NCBI RefSeq assembly: GCF_001194135.2
Contig: NC_068987.1
Location: forward strand, 64,817,162 to 64,881,161
From: Octopus bimaculoides
Taxonomy: Eukaryota
Direction of reading: 5' to 3'
DNA: 64,000 nt
Below, one piece after another: positions 40,693-53,370 of the stretch; the first letter of the stretch is position 1; each line of letters starts with the position of its first letter. The translations under genes and the position numbers were made by a program. The notes beneath the pieces were generated by a model. The model saw only the letters and a list, made by a program, of their open reading frames with translations. It was not told the DNA's origin and did not search any database.

Positions 40693-43600
40693 ATACACAT
40701 GACAGGCTTATTTCAGTTTCCATCTACCAAATCCACTCACAAGGCTTTGGTCCACTCAAAGCTATAGTAGTGAGACTGAACCTGGAACTATGTGGTTGGT
40801 AAGCAAGCTTCTTACCACACAGCCACGCCTGTGTCTTTAGCAAATTTTGTTTTTAATATTTAATATGAAGCAAAATGTATGTTTGATTAATAAATAAGTT
40901 AGATTACTGATTACATGGTAATCAGTACAGATTTTATCAAGGTTTATCTTAGTTTTCCTTAACTAAAAACAAGTTCTATTCTTTTCTTTCTCACTTGAGT
41001 TATTAATCAGTTACTCAATTGAGTCATTAATGAATTATTTTAGCAAAATACATCCTAATAATTTAAATTTTCTATACTATAACTCAGTACTGCAAGCAAT
41101 CTATAATCATTGAAGGTTTCACTGGTTTGTAGTATTGAATTCAAGTTCTTCTATAAGTTGATCTTGGTTAGAGTTTCCAACCTTGAGGTTTCAATTGTTT
41201 GCCTAACTGAACTTCTTTGCTTATTGAATTAGCATATAATTGGTTGAGTATTTTATAGATGTGTACCTTTTAATATAATTCTCGGGTGCAATCAGCATGT
41301 GCCATTTTAATTACAGGTACAATCCATTTGGCAAGGTTCTACATGGTTACTCACTACCCAGGTCAACTTGAGGCTGTAGAAAATAGCACTTGCTTAAGTG
41401 TTCAGCAGTGGGATTGAACATGAGACCTTGTGTTTACAAAATGAACTTCTTAACCCATTCAGCTATAGTATGCCTGCCAAGTACTCTTATAGGCTTATAT
41501 ATATATAGTAATAACAAATCACTTCACGACTCAGGAGTCCAGAGTTTTGTTGTTGAACCTGGGTTCTGGGTGTTATTATTGCTGTTACATTGTCTTGTTT
41601 GCAACAGTTCGTCACATTATGGTCATCACATATTATGGTCATCACAAGCAATGACAGTCCTTTTATTTGTTCTGGAATTTCACTCTTCACTAGAATTTTC
41701 TTTTCATTGCATTTTTCTGGCATACACTTCAACATAATATATAAATGTAAACATTCAAACGTCATCACTATCTTTCCAAATCCTACTGCATTTCACATGG
41801 AATTTTCAGTCCTCTAATGTCATCTTGGTGTATAAGTCAACCTATCTTTATTTGGATCTGAAAAATGTGGATGGTACAACTTCCAAGAGTTTCTCTGTTT
41901 CTTTCTCTGTACTTTTGTTCCTCTTTTCCCCATCTTTCTTTCTCTCAACCAGATTACTGTTCTTGATTCCCTTCTCTTGATTATTTCAGGTTTTAGTACT
42001 GTCTACATAGGCTTAGAGGCTGCAGCTAAATTCCTTGCCAGAGGCCTTGCTAATGAGACTGTCCACATTGTAAATCACAAGTAAGTTCAATATTGATTTT
42101 ACAATATGTGTCACAATTTTGTATTCTTATTATTTGACAATGTATAAATATCACAATACCTGTTACCTTAAGGCAAGAAGGTAAATATTTTTTTTATAAC
42201 GGTGTAATCTTATAATGTCTGGAGCACAATTTTCAAGGGTTTAGTGAAATATTCCGACTCCAGTATTTATTTTTTAAGTTCACTACTTATTCTGACAGTC
42301 TCTTTTACTGAACTGCTAAGTTATGAGAACCTAAACAAACCAACACTGGTTGTTAAGCAATGGAGAATGGAAATGTGTTTACAGATACACACACATACAC
42401 TCATATACAATGGGCTTCTGCACAGTTTCCATCTAACAAGTTCACTCACAAAGCATTGGTCAACCCACTATGGTAGAAGACACTTGCCCAAGGTTCTGTG
42501 CAGTTGGATTGAACCCGATATCATGTGGTTACAAAACAGGCTTCTTAACTACACAGCAATGTCTGTGCCTATCAGTATTTATTTTTGCTAGCTTCAGTCA
42601 TTGGACTGTTGCCATGCTGGGGTATTACCTTCAATAGTTCTGTCGACCCCAATATTTATTTCCCATCTGCTACATATATTAACAATTTCTATGTATTGAG
42701 CTGCAAAGTTACAAATCTTACATGAAGGGATGCAGCTCAACTTACTGGTTTATACCAGTATACATAAACCCAAACACACACACACACACTGCACCAATGC
42801 ACCACCACTACCACCATCATCATCCATTTGTTTTTCCATACTTCTGTGAGTTGAATGGGACTTCTCCACTCTTTCCACTTATTATAGTCCCTTGTCATGT
42901 CCTTCTTGAGGTTGGGCATCTCAAGAATAAGTTTCACCACTTCTTCCATGTCTTTCTCAACCTTCCTCTTCTGCAGATTCCTTCAAACTTGGTTTATTTG
43001 GCATTTCTTTACCCAAAAGTCTCCCTTCATACATGTCACATGTCCAAAACAGCACACTCTTCCCTTGCATTCTATTACTGATTCCCTTTATGCTCTGCTT
43101 TTCTTTCAGCTTATTTGTACTCCATCATTCATACACATTAACGTTGCACATCCAGAGGTGCATGCTTGTTCTGTTTCTTTCCAGCCTTTCCTCTTTCTCT
43201 GCATTCAATGCCCATGTCTCGCTATCCTACAAAATATCACTTTTTGTACTCAGACATCATACAGTCTTTCATTCATTTAGGGTGAGGCTCCTTTGTTAGA
43301 TCACAATGAAAATAATGAAAGTAGTACATTTTAATATATCATACTTGGGCCTGGACAGCAGCTTGGCAACAATATCTCATCATCATCATCATCATCGTCT
43401 TAACGTCCGCTTTCCATGCTAGCATGGGTTGGACGATTTGACTGAGGACTGGTGAAACCAGATGGCTACACCAGGCTCCAATCTGATTTGGCAGAATTTC
43501 TACAGCTGGATGCCTTTCCTAACGCCAACCACTCTGAGAGTNNNNNNNNNNTCTACAGCTGGATGCCTTTCCTAACGCCAACCACTCTGAGAGTGTAGTG

Positions 43601-44374
43601 GGTGCTTTTACGTGTCACCCGCATGAAGGCTAGTCAGGCGGTACTGGCAACGGCCACGCTCAAAATGGTGTATTTTATGTGCCACCCGCACAAGAGCCAG
43701 TCCAGGGGCCTGAATATAAATCGAAAACTCAAGTCACTTTTCCATGATTTTGTAGATATTAAGAGTATTGCATATCTTGATAAGATTATTGGAAATATGG
43801 AAGCATGGCATATGTTGTGTGGAGAGTCCTTCAGTTTGAAAGTTGTTCCTATAAAACAAAGGGAGGGATTATGTGCTAGTTAAGAAGTATATAAATTGTT
43901 GTTGTGGACCCTCTACCTCCCCCCAAAAAACAATGCATTTGAATGAAATTACTTTGTGATATTTGTTCCAACTGAGTTGCTCAAATGCTCTTGTCGTAAC
44001 CATTGACACTATTGTTCACAAAAAATTACAAAATAAAACAAAGTGTCACCTGATTGCTTTGTTAAATATTAAGAGTTTTATCAAAACTAATTGTGTTTTA
44101 ATTTTGTGTTTCTTTTTATTCTTTGACCAGGTATGGAACTGATATGGCAAAAACAACAGAGAACACGTTATATTCAGTTGGCAACGTTGCTATGACAACT
44201 AATAATGTAACTAACTTTGGTGCAAAAGCCCTTGCCAAAAGAGTGGTGAAGGATGCTGGTAAAGCTGTCATCATAGAACACAGTGACAAACCCTTGAGCA
44301 ATCCAGGGTCAGACACTGATAGTGATGCTAAGTCACCATCCCATGAGACAACCAAAAAGTCACCACTTGAGTAG
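30391..44374 (+). CDS. SPART: Spartin (Troyer syndrome protein homolog), 6 coding exons, 540 aa: join(30391..31126,35517..35717,36869..37060,39301..39459,41990..42080,44131..44374)
   Basis: Exon lengths 736+201+192+159+91+244=1623 nt. All introns are GT-AG and phases are compatible (1,1,1,1,2), with no internal stop. The translation shows an N-terminal MIT-like helical domain, PPSY, the spartin-typical LQVGEWLYPL...YIFPD and FEDLL segments, and a senescence domain (AWGLGKGAE...GFSTVYIGLEAAAK...KYGTD). Confidence 0.95.
35517..35717 (+). CDS. SPART: Spartin coding exon 2
   Basis: Acceptor tgttttttttag, reads (G)CSVGLILPKSLSPEEKKEFEDLL...STKVAKGIEK, donor G|gtttgg. An in-phase alternative donor gtatag lies 12 nt upstream at 35706. 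Confidence 0.9.
36320..36826 (-). mobile_element. Truncated Ty3/gypsy 5' end: LTR (36826..36522), PBS-like TGGCGA (36519..36514), start of Q-rich gag-like ORF (ATG 36454/36451)
   Basis: On the minus strand the LTR starts TGTTGTG and ends CACAATA (decayed CACAACA), contains TATAAATA, is followed after 2 nt by TGGCGATTAGG, then MEDLLASIIQLQKQQEQQQ...LLELYVKK. Confidence 0.75.
36869..37060 (+). CDS. SPART: Spartin coding exon 3 (senescence domain start)
   Basis: Acceptor attctttcag, reads (V)AELIAWGLGKGAEHG...AVRVSGYA, donor gtaagt at 37061. Confidence 0.95.
37743..38630 (+). mobile_element. hAT DNA transposon 5' fragment (BED-like zinc finger plus first catalytic D)
   Basis: Terminus aagggttgcca, then WLCEVPSDQSKTHCRYCRC...SHFEAKKH, then CDHLIKLCK...LHCAKCANIVRNVLAPYF and FSLLLDEFNDIS (hAT LLLDESxD motif). 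Confidence 0.8.
39301..39459 (+). CDS. SPART: Spartin coding exon 4
   Basis: Acceptor tttcatttag, reads (L)SKLGDATMAFGRILAPHLKEQGKK...IASSGIK, donor gtaggt at 39460. Confidence 0.95.
41990..42080 (+). CDS. SPART: Spartin coding exon 5
   Basis: Acceptor ttatttcag, reads (G)FSTVYIGLEAAAKFLARGLANETVHIVNH(K), donor gtaagt at 42081. Confidence 0.95.
42810..43290 (-). mobile_element. RTE-clade LINE 3' ORF fragment
   Basis: DSETWALNAEKEERLERNRTSMHLWMCNV...STNKLKEK and EEVVKLILEMPNLKKDMTRDYNKW match the RTE RT C terminus. Confidence 0.8.
44131..44374 (+). CDS. SPART: Spartin coding exon 6 (last, with stop)
   Basis: Acceptor ttctttgaccag, reads (K)YGTDMAKTTENTLYSVGNVAMTTNNVTNFGAKALAKRVVKDAGKAVI...KSPLE, TAG at 44372..44374. 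Confidence 0.95.
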
Positions 44375-44983
44375 TGCTTGTTTAGAATATTCAATTGTTT
44401 AATAAGTTTTGAGAGAGAGAGAGAGAGAGTGAGAACTGTATATAACTAAGCACACCCGGACACACTAACACTCTCTCTCTATTTGATTCCTTTCTTTTTT
44501 TCTTTCTGTTTATCTATCTTTCTATTTATTTTACAGGCCTCGTCTATTGACTGACACTAACACACAAATGTGCTTCCATATACAAAGCAGTCACCCTTTA
44601 ATGCAAACACATGTACACATACATACACACATATTCAATTACTGAGATTTCTGTATGTTTTTGGTTCTTAAATTGTACCAATTACTGGAGCTTCTATATG
44701 GCTGTTTGACTTGTTCAAAATAGCAGCCAAATCTCCCACAAATTGGACCCTATTGTCTTTAAAAATATAATAAAAAGGAAAGGACACATTAGATAATGTA
44801 GTCCTAAACACATCAGGATGACATCATGGTTAGAATGCCTAGAATCATAATTATGCTTGATCGGGGCTTACCCAGGGCTAAAACATCAACTGGTTTCAAA
44901 GGTTCTTCTGGTGTTTTTAAAGGATCATGTTGTCATTATAATCACACACCTGTTAATATATTGGACATGCATATATATATATA

Positions 44984-45040
<57 letters not shown>

Positions 45041-45335
45041 GCTCCAACATTGCACTCGCTGTGATGGTGGAAACTAACTAGAAATAAAAAGGTGTTTTCT
45101 ATGTGTATATTTGGGTGTGTATGTGCATGTATGTATTTATGAATGTATATCTGGGTATGTATAAAGTACCTAACTCTATTTTATTCTTTAAATTTCCACA
45201 ATAAAGAATTAGCCAGCCTCAGTCTTGGAAGCAATTCTCTTTGTTGGAATTTAGACTACGGGATTGCACCTTAAAAGATGTATAAGCCAGTTTGTTGACT
45301 GGTTGTATCCTGTTGCATTCTGCCTAACTAATATA

Positions 45336-45552
45336 CAAGGGGGTGCTGAAAAGTTCCTGGCTTTAAGGGTATCACAAAAGGTTTGGTTGCTGGCCCAACC
45401 TTCTGAGTTCTTTTACAGGGCTTAGAAAAACTGAAGAACCATTGCAATAAGTGTGTGAATCTGAGAGAGGAATATGTTGAATAAAATCATAATTAGCTAA
45501 TCCTCCTGTATTTTCTTTTACCCAAAGCTAGGAACTTTTCAGCACCCTCTCG
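45336..45552 (+). mobile_element. Mariner-derived MITE with TA target-site duplication
   Basis: TIRs caagggggtgctgaaaagttcctggcttt / aaagctaggaacttttcagcaccctctcg, TA on both sides. Internal GLEKLKNHCNKCVNLRGEYVE* is a mariner C-terminal remnant. Confidence 0.88.
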
Positions 45553-47314
45553 TATATTGTTACTTTCACTACAGTGTTACATTTAAGTGGTTAGCACTAG
45601 GAATCATCATTCTGTACCTTCTTTACCAAACAAATTTATAGTAGGACCAACACACCACCTATTTTAACACTATCACTATCACCACTTAGCCCTTGGGTAC
45701 TTTTAGCAGAGTTTATTCCCTACCAAGCATTTAGATAAAACCCTATGTTAATCATTCAGATAAAGTTGCTGGTTATTGACCAGACCAGTTTCATCAATCT
45801 TGAAGAACGTTCAAAGGTCTAGTCTCTGCTCAGCTTCCCTGGCTAATTTTATATGTATGTATGTATATGTATTTGGTTGGTATTTTTTGAAAATGCTGCT
45901 TGGTTTAAAAACCACCTCCTGGTGGACCCTGGGTGCCTTTACTGGAGTTCATTCTGCTATTGTCAACATTCAAACTCTTCCATTGGTTTTTTTCTTCCCT
46001 ACCCCCACTATTTCTCCTTCCATAAATAATCAGGCTAGCTATCAGCCACCTCAATGTCACCAGTCATGGAAGGTGCCTGAAAAGAAATGAGTTTGATTTC
46101 TTTGCTATAGTTTCTTAAAATAAGTTAATCAATGATATGCAAATATTTCAAATTTGTCAATGTTTAAAAAGAAACAACAGAAAAAAAACGCTAAAATCTT
46201 TATGATTTAATCTTTTTCATTTTTTGCTTGGTGTTTTTTTATTATTATTTTACTTTCATTTATATATTTATTTTTCTCTGAAGACTTTTCACTTTTATCA
46301 ATTTGAAATGTCAAACTGTAAGATCTAAAACAAAAAACAAAAATTGCAAAATTCATAACCAAAGAAAAAGCTAGAAATTCAAAAGAAGTAAAGAAATATA
46401 AATAAATAACTATTTGGGTATATTTAGTGTGAAAATAGCCCCAATTTTTGGAAAATGGTTAGGAATATAACCTAAAAAAAAATCATCAGTTGGTAAGATC
46501 TTTTCCTGTAGAAAATATTTTTGAAGGAATTGACTAATCAACATTTGGGTATTACAAGAATTCTCAGTTAGAAAGGAAAATAACTTCTATATCATTACAC
46601 TACTTTCATTATTTCTAAATTTCTAATTAAGGAGCTTTTTTTGATTAAGGAGTGGAGGAAAGGGATCCATTTTACAGTCAAGAAACTCTTATGAAACCAT
46701 ATCAACCATTCTTTATTTTGTCTGATCTAGCTTGATCTTGTTTGTCAGGGAGCTGTTATCCTATATTCCACATGATATGAATGCATTTATATTTATATGT
46801 GTGTGTGTGTATATATGTGTGTGTGTGTGTGTGTACTATGGTCCTGTGTAGTTGAATCTGACTTCTGGTGCCTCCGTGGAACATCCATGTCCACATGGCT
46901 TTCCTGATACATTACGGAAGTAGTTTATTATTACCCTCTTCTGGAGTTCAATATATATTTCCCAGATGGCTATACACATACACACATGCAGATACACAGA
47001 CACAGTATAATTTGCGATACACACTCACGCACACACTTGTGCACACCTCCACTATAATTTGAGAAACTAGATTTTTCACAGAGTGCTTTGCATGCTCTAT
47101 GCAGAAGTAGTGTTCTTCCTAGTGCTCTATAGCAAATTAATTAATATCATCCAGAAGTCTGATGATTGATGTTGAGTTTTTAAGACTGGATATTATGAAA
47201 CTTTAAGTGACCAGATGATTTGAGAAGTTTCTGTAATACACAAATAGGTGTGTATGTGTATATATTTGTTTGTTTGTATGTATGTATGTGTGTGTGTGTA
47301 TGTGTGTGTGTATG

Positions 47315-47345
<31 letters not shown>

Positions 47346-48956
47346 GCACATACATACTGTTTTAATTGTAATTTGTTATATATTAATATTATTGATTTGT
47401 TACAAATGAATTTTGAAATTTCCTGAAAATGAAATTTATTTGCATTTGTTGAAAATAATTTTTGCGGGTAGGGAATGGAAAGAGTGGGCTGGTTACTTTT
47501 TCATTGATATTTTTACTATCATTATTGATATTGTTGTTATCAGTGTCATCTTAAACTGTGACTTTTATATATATAATCTATAATTGAAAGGTGAGTGAAA
47601 TAATATTGACGATTTGATCCAATGATCAGAACTGATTGCTTGACCTGGTAACTTGATCTTGTGATGTGACCTAACCTGATGTGATGATTTTCACATAAGG
47701 AATTGGTCTCATGTTGCTTTTACTTCCTAGAGACAGTTTGTGGTGGAAAATGTTTGATAGAGTACCAACCTACTATTCAAAAGAATTGTTGAATGTTTGT
47801 ATTCTATCATTTCAATTCTGTTGTTTTGTGTCCTTGGTAAAGACATTCAACAATAAATAGGACTGTTCTACTTTACTGTAAGTAGATGGCATTATGAGGT
47901 GTAGTTTATGGCTGTCAGAAAATAAGCAAGATCATTATAAAAGCTATGAGCCTTTTGTTAATTTGCAGTACTAAGTTCAGCTCATCCTCATGTTGCAAAA
48001 TATGTGAGAGCCTGGTATTCCAATACATAAGGAGAAAAAAAAAGGCAGAATGTATCTCAACTTGTTGACAATTTAAAAACTAGTGATAACCACTGGCATA
48101 CTGTGACAGTTTTTGGTAAAATGACAGTGAATAAAAGGAAATATGTGATTATATATTTCCATACATATAAATGTGTGTGTGTGTGTATGTATGTGTGTGT
48201 GTGTGTGTGTGTGCACGCATGAGGGATTTCATGGTTTCCATGATTAGTATTTCAGTTGTTCAATCAACAAAACTACCTGTTCATTGAATTTACACTTTAA
48301 GTGACTGAGTATTCCACAGACAGTTGTACTTTTAACATAATCCTCATGCAGAATCAGTGTGAGAACTGTGACAAGGCCGGACCTTTTGAATTACAGATAC
48401 AGTCTATCTGATGAGCTCTACTTCACTGTCACCAACGAGACTTGCTGGACAGTGGGATCAAGCCTGAGATCTCAATGATTGTGAATCGAAATTCTTAAGT
48501 AATTGGTCATGCACAGCATGGCCATATTGCAATGACTGAAACTAATAAAAGACATATATATAAATATATATGTCTTTTATTAGTATATATATGTGTGTGT
48601 GTGTGTGTGTGTACATATATATAGGAGGAATAAAATACTTTTGGCAGTGTACAGAATAGCACATTGGTAAAAAAATAACGAGGTTAGTCAGAAGATATGA
48701 AGGTATTGTTCCTTAGTTTATTTATATACAAATGCAGAAAGTTTCCAAATTTTCAAGGAAATGTAAAGGAATGAAATGAAATAAAGTAAAATATATTATT
48801 ACATTTAATAGTAGAGGCACAAATATTCTCAATTGTTAAATGAAAAAAATTGTTAAATGTAATAATGTAAACATTTTGTTTCATTTCATTTTCTTTGAAA
48901 ATTTGAATACGTTTTTGCACTTGTATGTTGTGTGTGTGTGTGTGTGTGTATATTTG

Positions 48957-48999
<43 letters not shown>

Positions 49000-51325
49000 N
49001 NNNNNNNNNNNNNNNNNNNNNNNNNNNNNNNNNNNNNNNNNNNNNNNNNNNNNNNNNNNNNNNNNNNNNNNNNNNNNNNNNNNNNNNNNNNNNNNNNNNN
49101 NNNNNNNNNNNNNNNNNNNNNNNNNNNNNNNNNNNNNNNNNNNNNNNNNNNNNNNNNNNNNNNNNNNNNNNNNNNNNNNNNNNNNNNNNNNNNNNNNNNN
49201 NNNNNNNNNNNNNNNNNNNNNNNNNNNNNNNNNNNNNNNNNNNNNNNNNNNNNNNNNNNNNNNNNNNNNNNNNNNNNNNNNNNNNNNNNNNNNNNNNNNN
49301 NNNNNNNNNNNNNNNNNNNNNNNNNNNNNNNNNNNNNNNNNNNNNNNNNNNNNNNNNNNNNNNNNNNNNNNNNNNNNNNNNNNNNNNNNNNNNNNNNNNN
49401 NNNNNNNNNNNNNNNNNNNNNNNNNNNNNNNNNNNNNNNNNNNNNNNNNNNNNNNNNNNNNNNNNNNNNNNNNNNNNNNNNNNNNNNNNNNNNNNNNNNN
49501 NNNNNNNNNNNNNNNNNNNNNNNNNNNNNNNNNNNNNNNNNNNNNNNNNNNNNNNNNNNNNNNNNNNNNNNNNNNNNNNNNNNNNNNNNNNNNNNNNNNN
49601 NNNNNNNNNNNNNNNNNNNNNNNNNNNNNNNNNNNNNNNNNNNNNNNNNNNNNNNNNNNNNNNNNNNNNNNNNNNNNNNNNNNNNNNNNNNNNNNNNNNN
49701 NNNNNNNNNNNNNNNNNNNNNNNNNNNNNNNNNNNNNNNNNNNNNNNNNNNNNNNNNNNNNNNNNNNNNNNNNNNNNNNNNNNNNNNNNNNNNNNNNNNN
49801 NNNNNNNNNNNNNNNNNNNNNNNNNNNNNNNNNNNNNNNNNNNNNNNNNTATATATATATAATATGTATGTGTGTATATATTATAATGTATGTATACATG
49901 AATGTAGATGCACATACGTGTCTGACTGTCTATCTATATATTTATAAACACATGCATACACATAATATTCCCCATCTGTCTGCACATACACACACACACA
50001 CACACACACATGCATATTCTCTCTGTTTCAATTAGTACATAGTCAAAATTGATCAATCATTTCAAATTTAGAGGTTTATAATGCCTTCTATTCTAATTTC
50101 ATTTTCCTACATTTGAAAAATATGGGTTTACATTTTTTGCTATGTGGTGCGAAACATTACCATCTGCATGTGCATGCGTGTGTACATGCACACACATACA
50201 CACACACAAAAGCATGTGTATTTATTGACACAAATACACAAGTCCCTATATAAAGACTGCCAGATGCTAGATTTATTTTTTACCTTAGCACTTACACTCC
50301 TACTGCAGAAACTCGTTGTCCCTTCTTAATAGAACAGTTTCATTTTCCTCTCATCTCCAAATTGACTTCAAGCATTTTTTTTTTTTTTTTTAAACAAATT
50401 GACAAAATTTATTTTCTAGCAATACTTGTTCTGGCCCTTTATGCTCTGAGTTTAAGTTCTGCTAAGATCAACTTTACATTTCAACCTCTCTCAGGTCAAT
50501 GAAATAAAGTATCAATCAAGTACAGGGGTTGATGGCATTGATTAATCCCATCCCCTCAAAAATTGCTGGCCTTGTACCTGAATTAGAAATAATCATTATT
50601 ATTATCTTGGCCTTTGATATTGTCCTCCATGTCTTGAGCCCTTGTGGCCAATAAAAGAAATCAGTATTATTATTATTATTATTATTGTTAAGCTGGTAAG
50701 AATTATTAGCATACTGGGCAGAATGCTTGGTGGTTTTTTCCTCTAGCTCTTTATACTGAGTTCAAATGCCACCAAGGTTAACTTTGCTTTTCATCTTTAG
50801 AGGTCAATGGAATGAGTACCAGTTGAGCACTGGGGTCATTGTAATCACTCCCCTTTTCAAAATTGCTGGCATTGTGTCAAAATTAGAAACCATTATTATT
50901 ATTATTATTATTATCATTATTATTATTATTATGGCAATGAAATGCAGAATCGTCTCTTCTAAGTTCAAATTCTACCAAAGTCAACTCTGCTTTTTATCTT
51001 TTTGAGATCAATAAAACAAAATACCGGTCAAGTATTAATTAATGTTGATGCAATTGAGACTAACTTCCTCTCCTTAAAATTCCTGGCTTTGTGCCAAAAT
51101 TTGAAAGAATTTTTTTTTATTTATTTGTGATTGTAGTGGATGGCAGAATTGAAAGAAACTCAGAACAAATGCTTTGCATTATTTGTTCTGGCACTTTTAT
51201 TTTCTGAGTTCATCCTTTAGAGGTTGATAAAATAAAGTAGCAGTGAAGTGCAGAGTTTATTGTAAAAACAACAAACCTTCTTTCCCCCAAGTTGCTGGCC
51301 TTATATCTGAGTTAGATTAAAACTA

Positions 51326-51401
<76 letters not shown>

Positions 51402-51408
51402 TATTATT
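51326..51408. repeat. (ATT)n microsatellite
   Basis: Long, nearly pure ttatta run read directly. Confidence 0.95.
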
Positions 51409-51649
51409 TTCTTTAAGGCAGTGAGCTGGCAGAATTGTTAGCACACTGGGTGAAATACTTAGCAGTATTTTGTCTGTCTTTATGTTGTTCAAATTCCACC
51501 GAGGTTGACTTTGCCTTTCATCCTTTCGAGGTTGATAAATTAAGTACCAGTTGCGTACTGAGGTCGATCTAATTGACTGCCCTCCCCACTAAAAAAAATT
51601 TCAGGCTTTGTACCTATAGTAGGAAGGATTATTTATTATTTTTATTTAT

Positions 51650-51898
51650 CATCATCATCATCATCATCATCATTATGCTAGTACATGCTAATTTAGATAG
51701 CAGGTAGTTTATCTTGAGGTTTGGTGACAACAAGTCTCCTCAAATCTCAAGAAATTTTGTTAGGCTTCTTGCAGAATACAGGATGGTACTCTTCTGCAGG
51801 TCAACAATGTGAGCTTCAATTCCAATTTCTTTTAAACTTTTAGGCAGCATTTTGGGTGTTGTACCAAGTGCACCTATTACTACGGGAATAATTGTTGT
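51650..51898 (-). mobile_element. R4/Dong-like non-LTR retrotransposon 3' end (RLE C terminus, short 3' UTR, (TGA/TAA)n tail)
   Basis: TTIIPVVIGALGTTPKMLPKSLKEIGIEAHIVDLQKSTILYSARSLTKFLEI* matches the recalled IPxVIGALG...LQK...RILRKVL end of R4-clade ORFs. Confidence 0.75.
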
Positions 51899-53109
51899 TA
51901 GGGCAAAATGCTTAGTGGCATTTTGCCTGTCGCTACATTCTGAGTTCCAATTTTGCCTTTCATCCTTTTGGCATTGATTAAATAAGTACCAGTTACACAT
52001 TAGGGTCAACGTAATTAACTTAATCCCCTTCCCCAAGCTGCCCTTGTGACAAAAATTTGAAATTATCATCATCATCATTATTATTATTCTGGTGGTGGTG
52101 GTGGTGGTAGATTGATGGAATCATTAAAGTATCAGACAAAATGCCTTGTGGTATTTTTTCCAACTCTTTATGTTTTGAGCTCAAATCTCTCCAAAGTTAA
52201 TTTTGCCTTTCATCTTTTTGGGGGCTCAATTAAATAAAGTTACCATTCAATAAATTAAATAACGTTACCACTCAAGTACTGGAGTTAGCTCTATTAACTA
52301 TCACTCCACTCCCTTGAATGCCTATGTTACGAAAAAAAGTTATTATTGTTGTCTTTTACTAAAAGAAGCAGATAGCAGAATTGGTAGAGCATCAGACTAA
52401 ATGCCTTATTTAGTATTTGTGTCCTTTTATATTTTTGTGTTCAAATCGCACTGAGAATGACTTTGTTTTCCATTCTTCAGAGATTGCTTGTGTAGATACC
52501 AGTTTAGTACTGGGGTCAATTTAATAGATTACACCCCTCTCTCAAAATTTGTTTCCTCTTACCTATTTAAGAAGTCATTATTATTGTTTCTGTAGTTGTT
52601 GTAGAGGTGGTGATGGCAGTTAGTTTTTTTGCAGAAACGGAAGATCCTTTAACTAAATGCCTTATACAGTTTAATGTCTTCTTCCTGTATCCTCAATTGG
52701 AAGCCAGTTTGGGGTTGACTTTGCCTTTCAGACTTTAAGAAGGGTCGATAAAATAACTCCCAATAATATACTAGGGTTCATTTCATTCATTCATTCAAGT
52801 TATTCATTCATTCAATTATAATGACTCCCATATGAAGAAAAAAAAAAAAAAGTCCTATGTCCAATAAAAATATTTTATTGGAGTAAATATTCTATTCTGT
52901 AGAAGAGGAAATTCCTGGCCTTCAAGAATCTGTTAGATTTTCAAAACATTGAAAAATTCACCTTATTTGGTCAATTTTGGACAGTGCATCTTTTTTCTTT
53001 TTCAGCATTTCTGCATTTGCATTCAGATCTCTTCAGCTAGTCTTTTTTTTTTCTCTCAATTATTTTGTCTCATCAATTTTTTCACTTTGGTTACTTATTA
53101 ATAAGAGAG

Positions 53110-53370
53110 TTCAATGTCAAAGAATCTGCTAGGATTAGCTGCCAAATTCCCCTCAACTGATTCACACCCTACCCTCTCATTAAAAAGAAAAAAAGGATCA
53201 TATTGGATTATATGAGCCTAGATATGAATATGATGTATCTATCACCAAAAAAGATAAATAAGGAAAAAAAAAAAAATGTGTTGGAAGGTTATGGCTTGAA
53301 TGCTTCGATCATAGGTCTGCTTGAACAGAACTGACCTGGAGCTAAAGAGCAACAACAACAGTCAATAAGC
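53110..53370 (+). repeat. Unclassified interspersed repeat family D (other copies ~4520..4940, 7400..7600, 19500..19860, 21050..21280, 37440..37630, 44690..44890)
   Basis: Shared blocks ctagaaatagcagccaaatctc, cacattggataatgtagtcctag and tttgatcataggtctgct...ctgacctggggctaaac. Confidence 0.65.

Noticed and set aside
43498-43600. Direct repeat flanking the 10-N gap (43542..43551)
   Set aside because: Same scaffolding overlap artefact.
47600-47700. C/D-box snoRNA (GTGATGA and CTGA motifs)
   Set aside because: Box order is wrong and there is no terminal stem.
48840-50035. Longest ORFs in the track (337-367 aa) and similar ones at 40171..40802 and 12812..13282
   Set aside because: They are composed of N runs and TA/CA microsatellites, not coding sequence.
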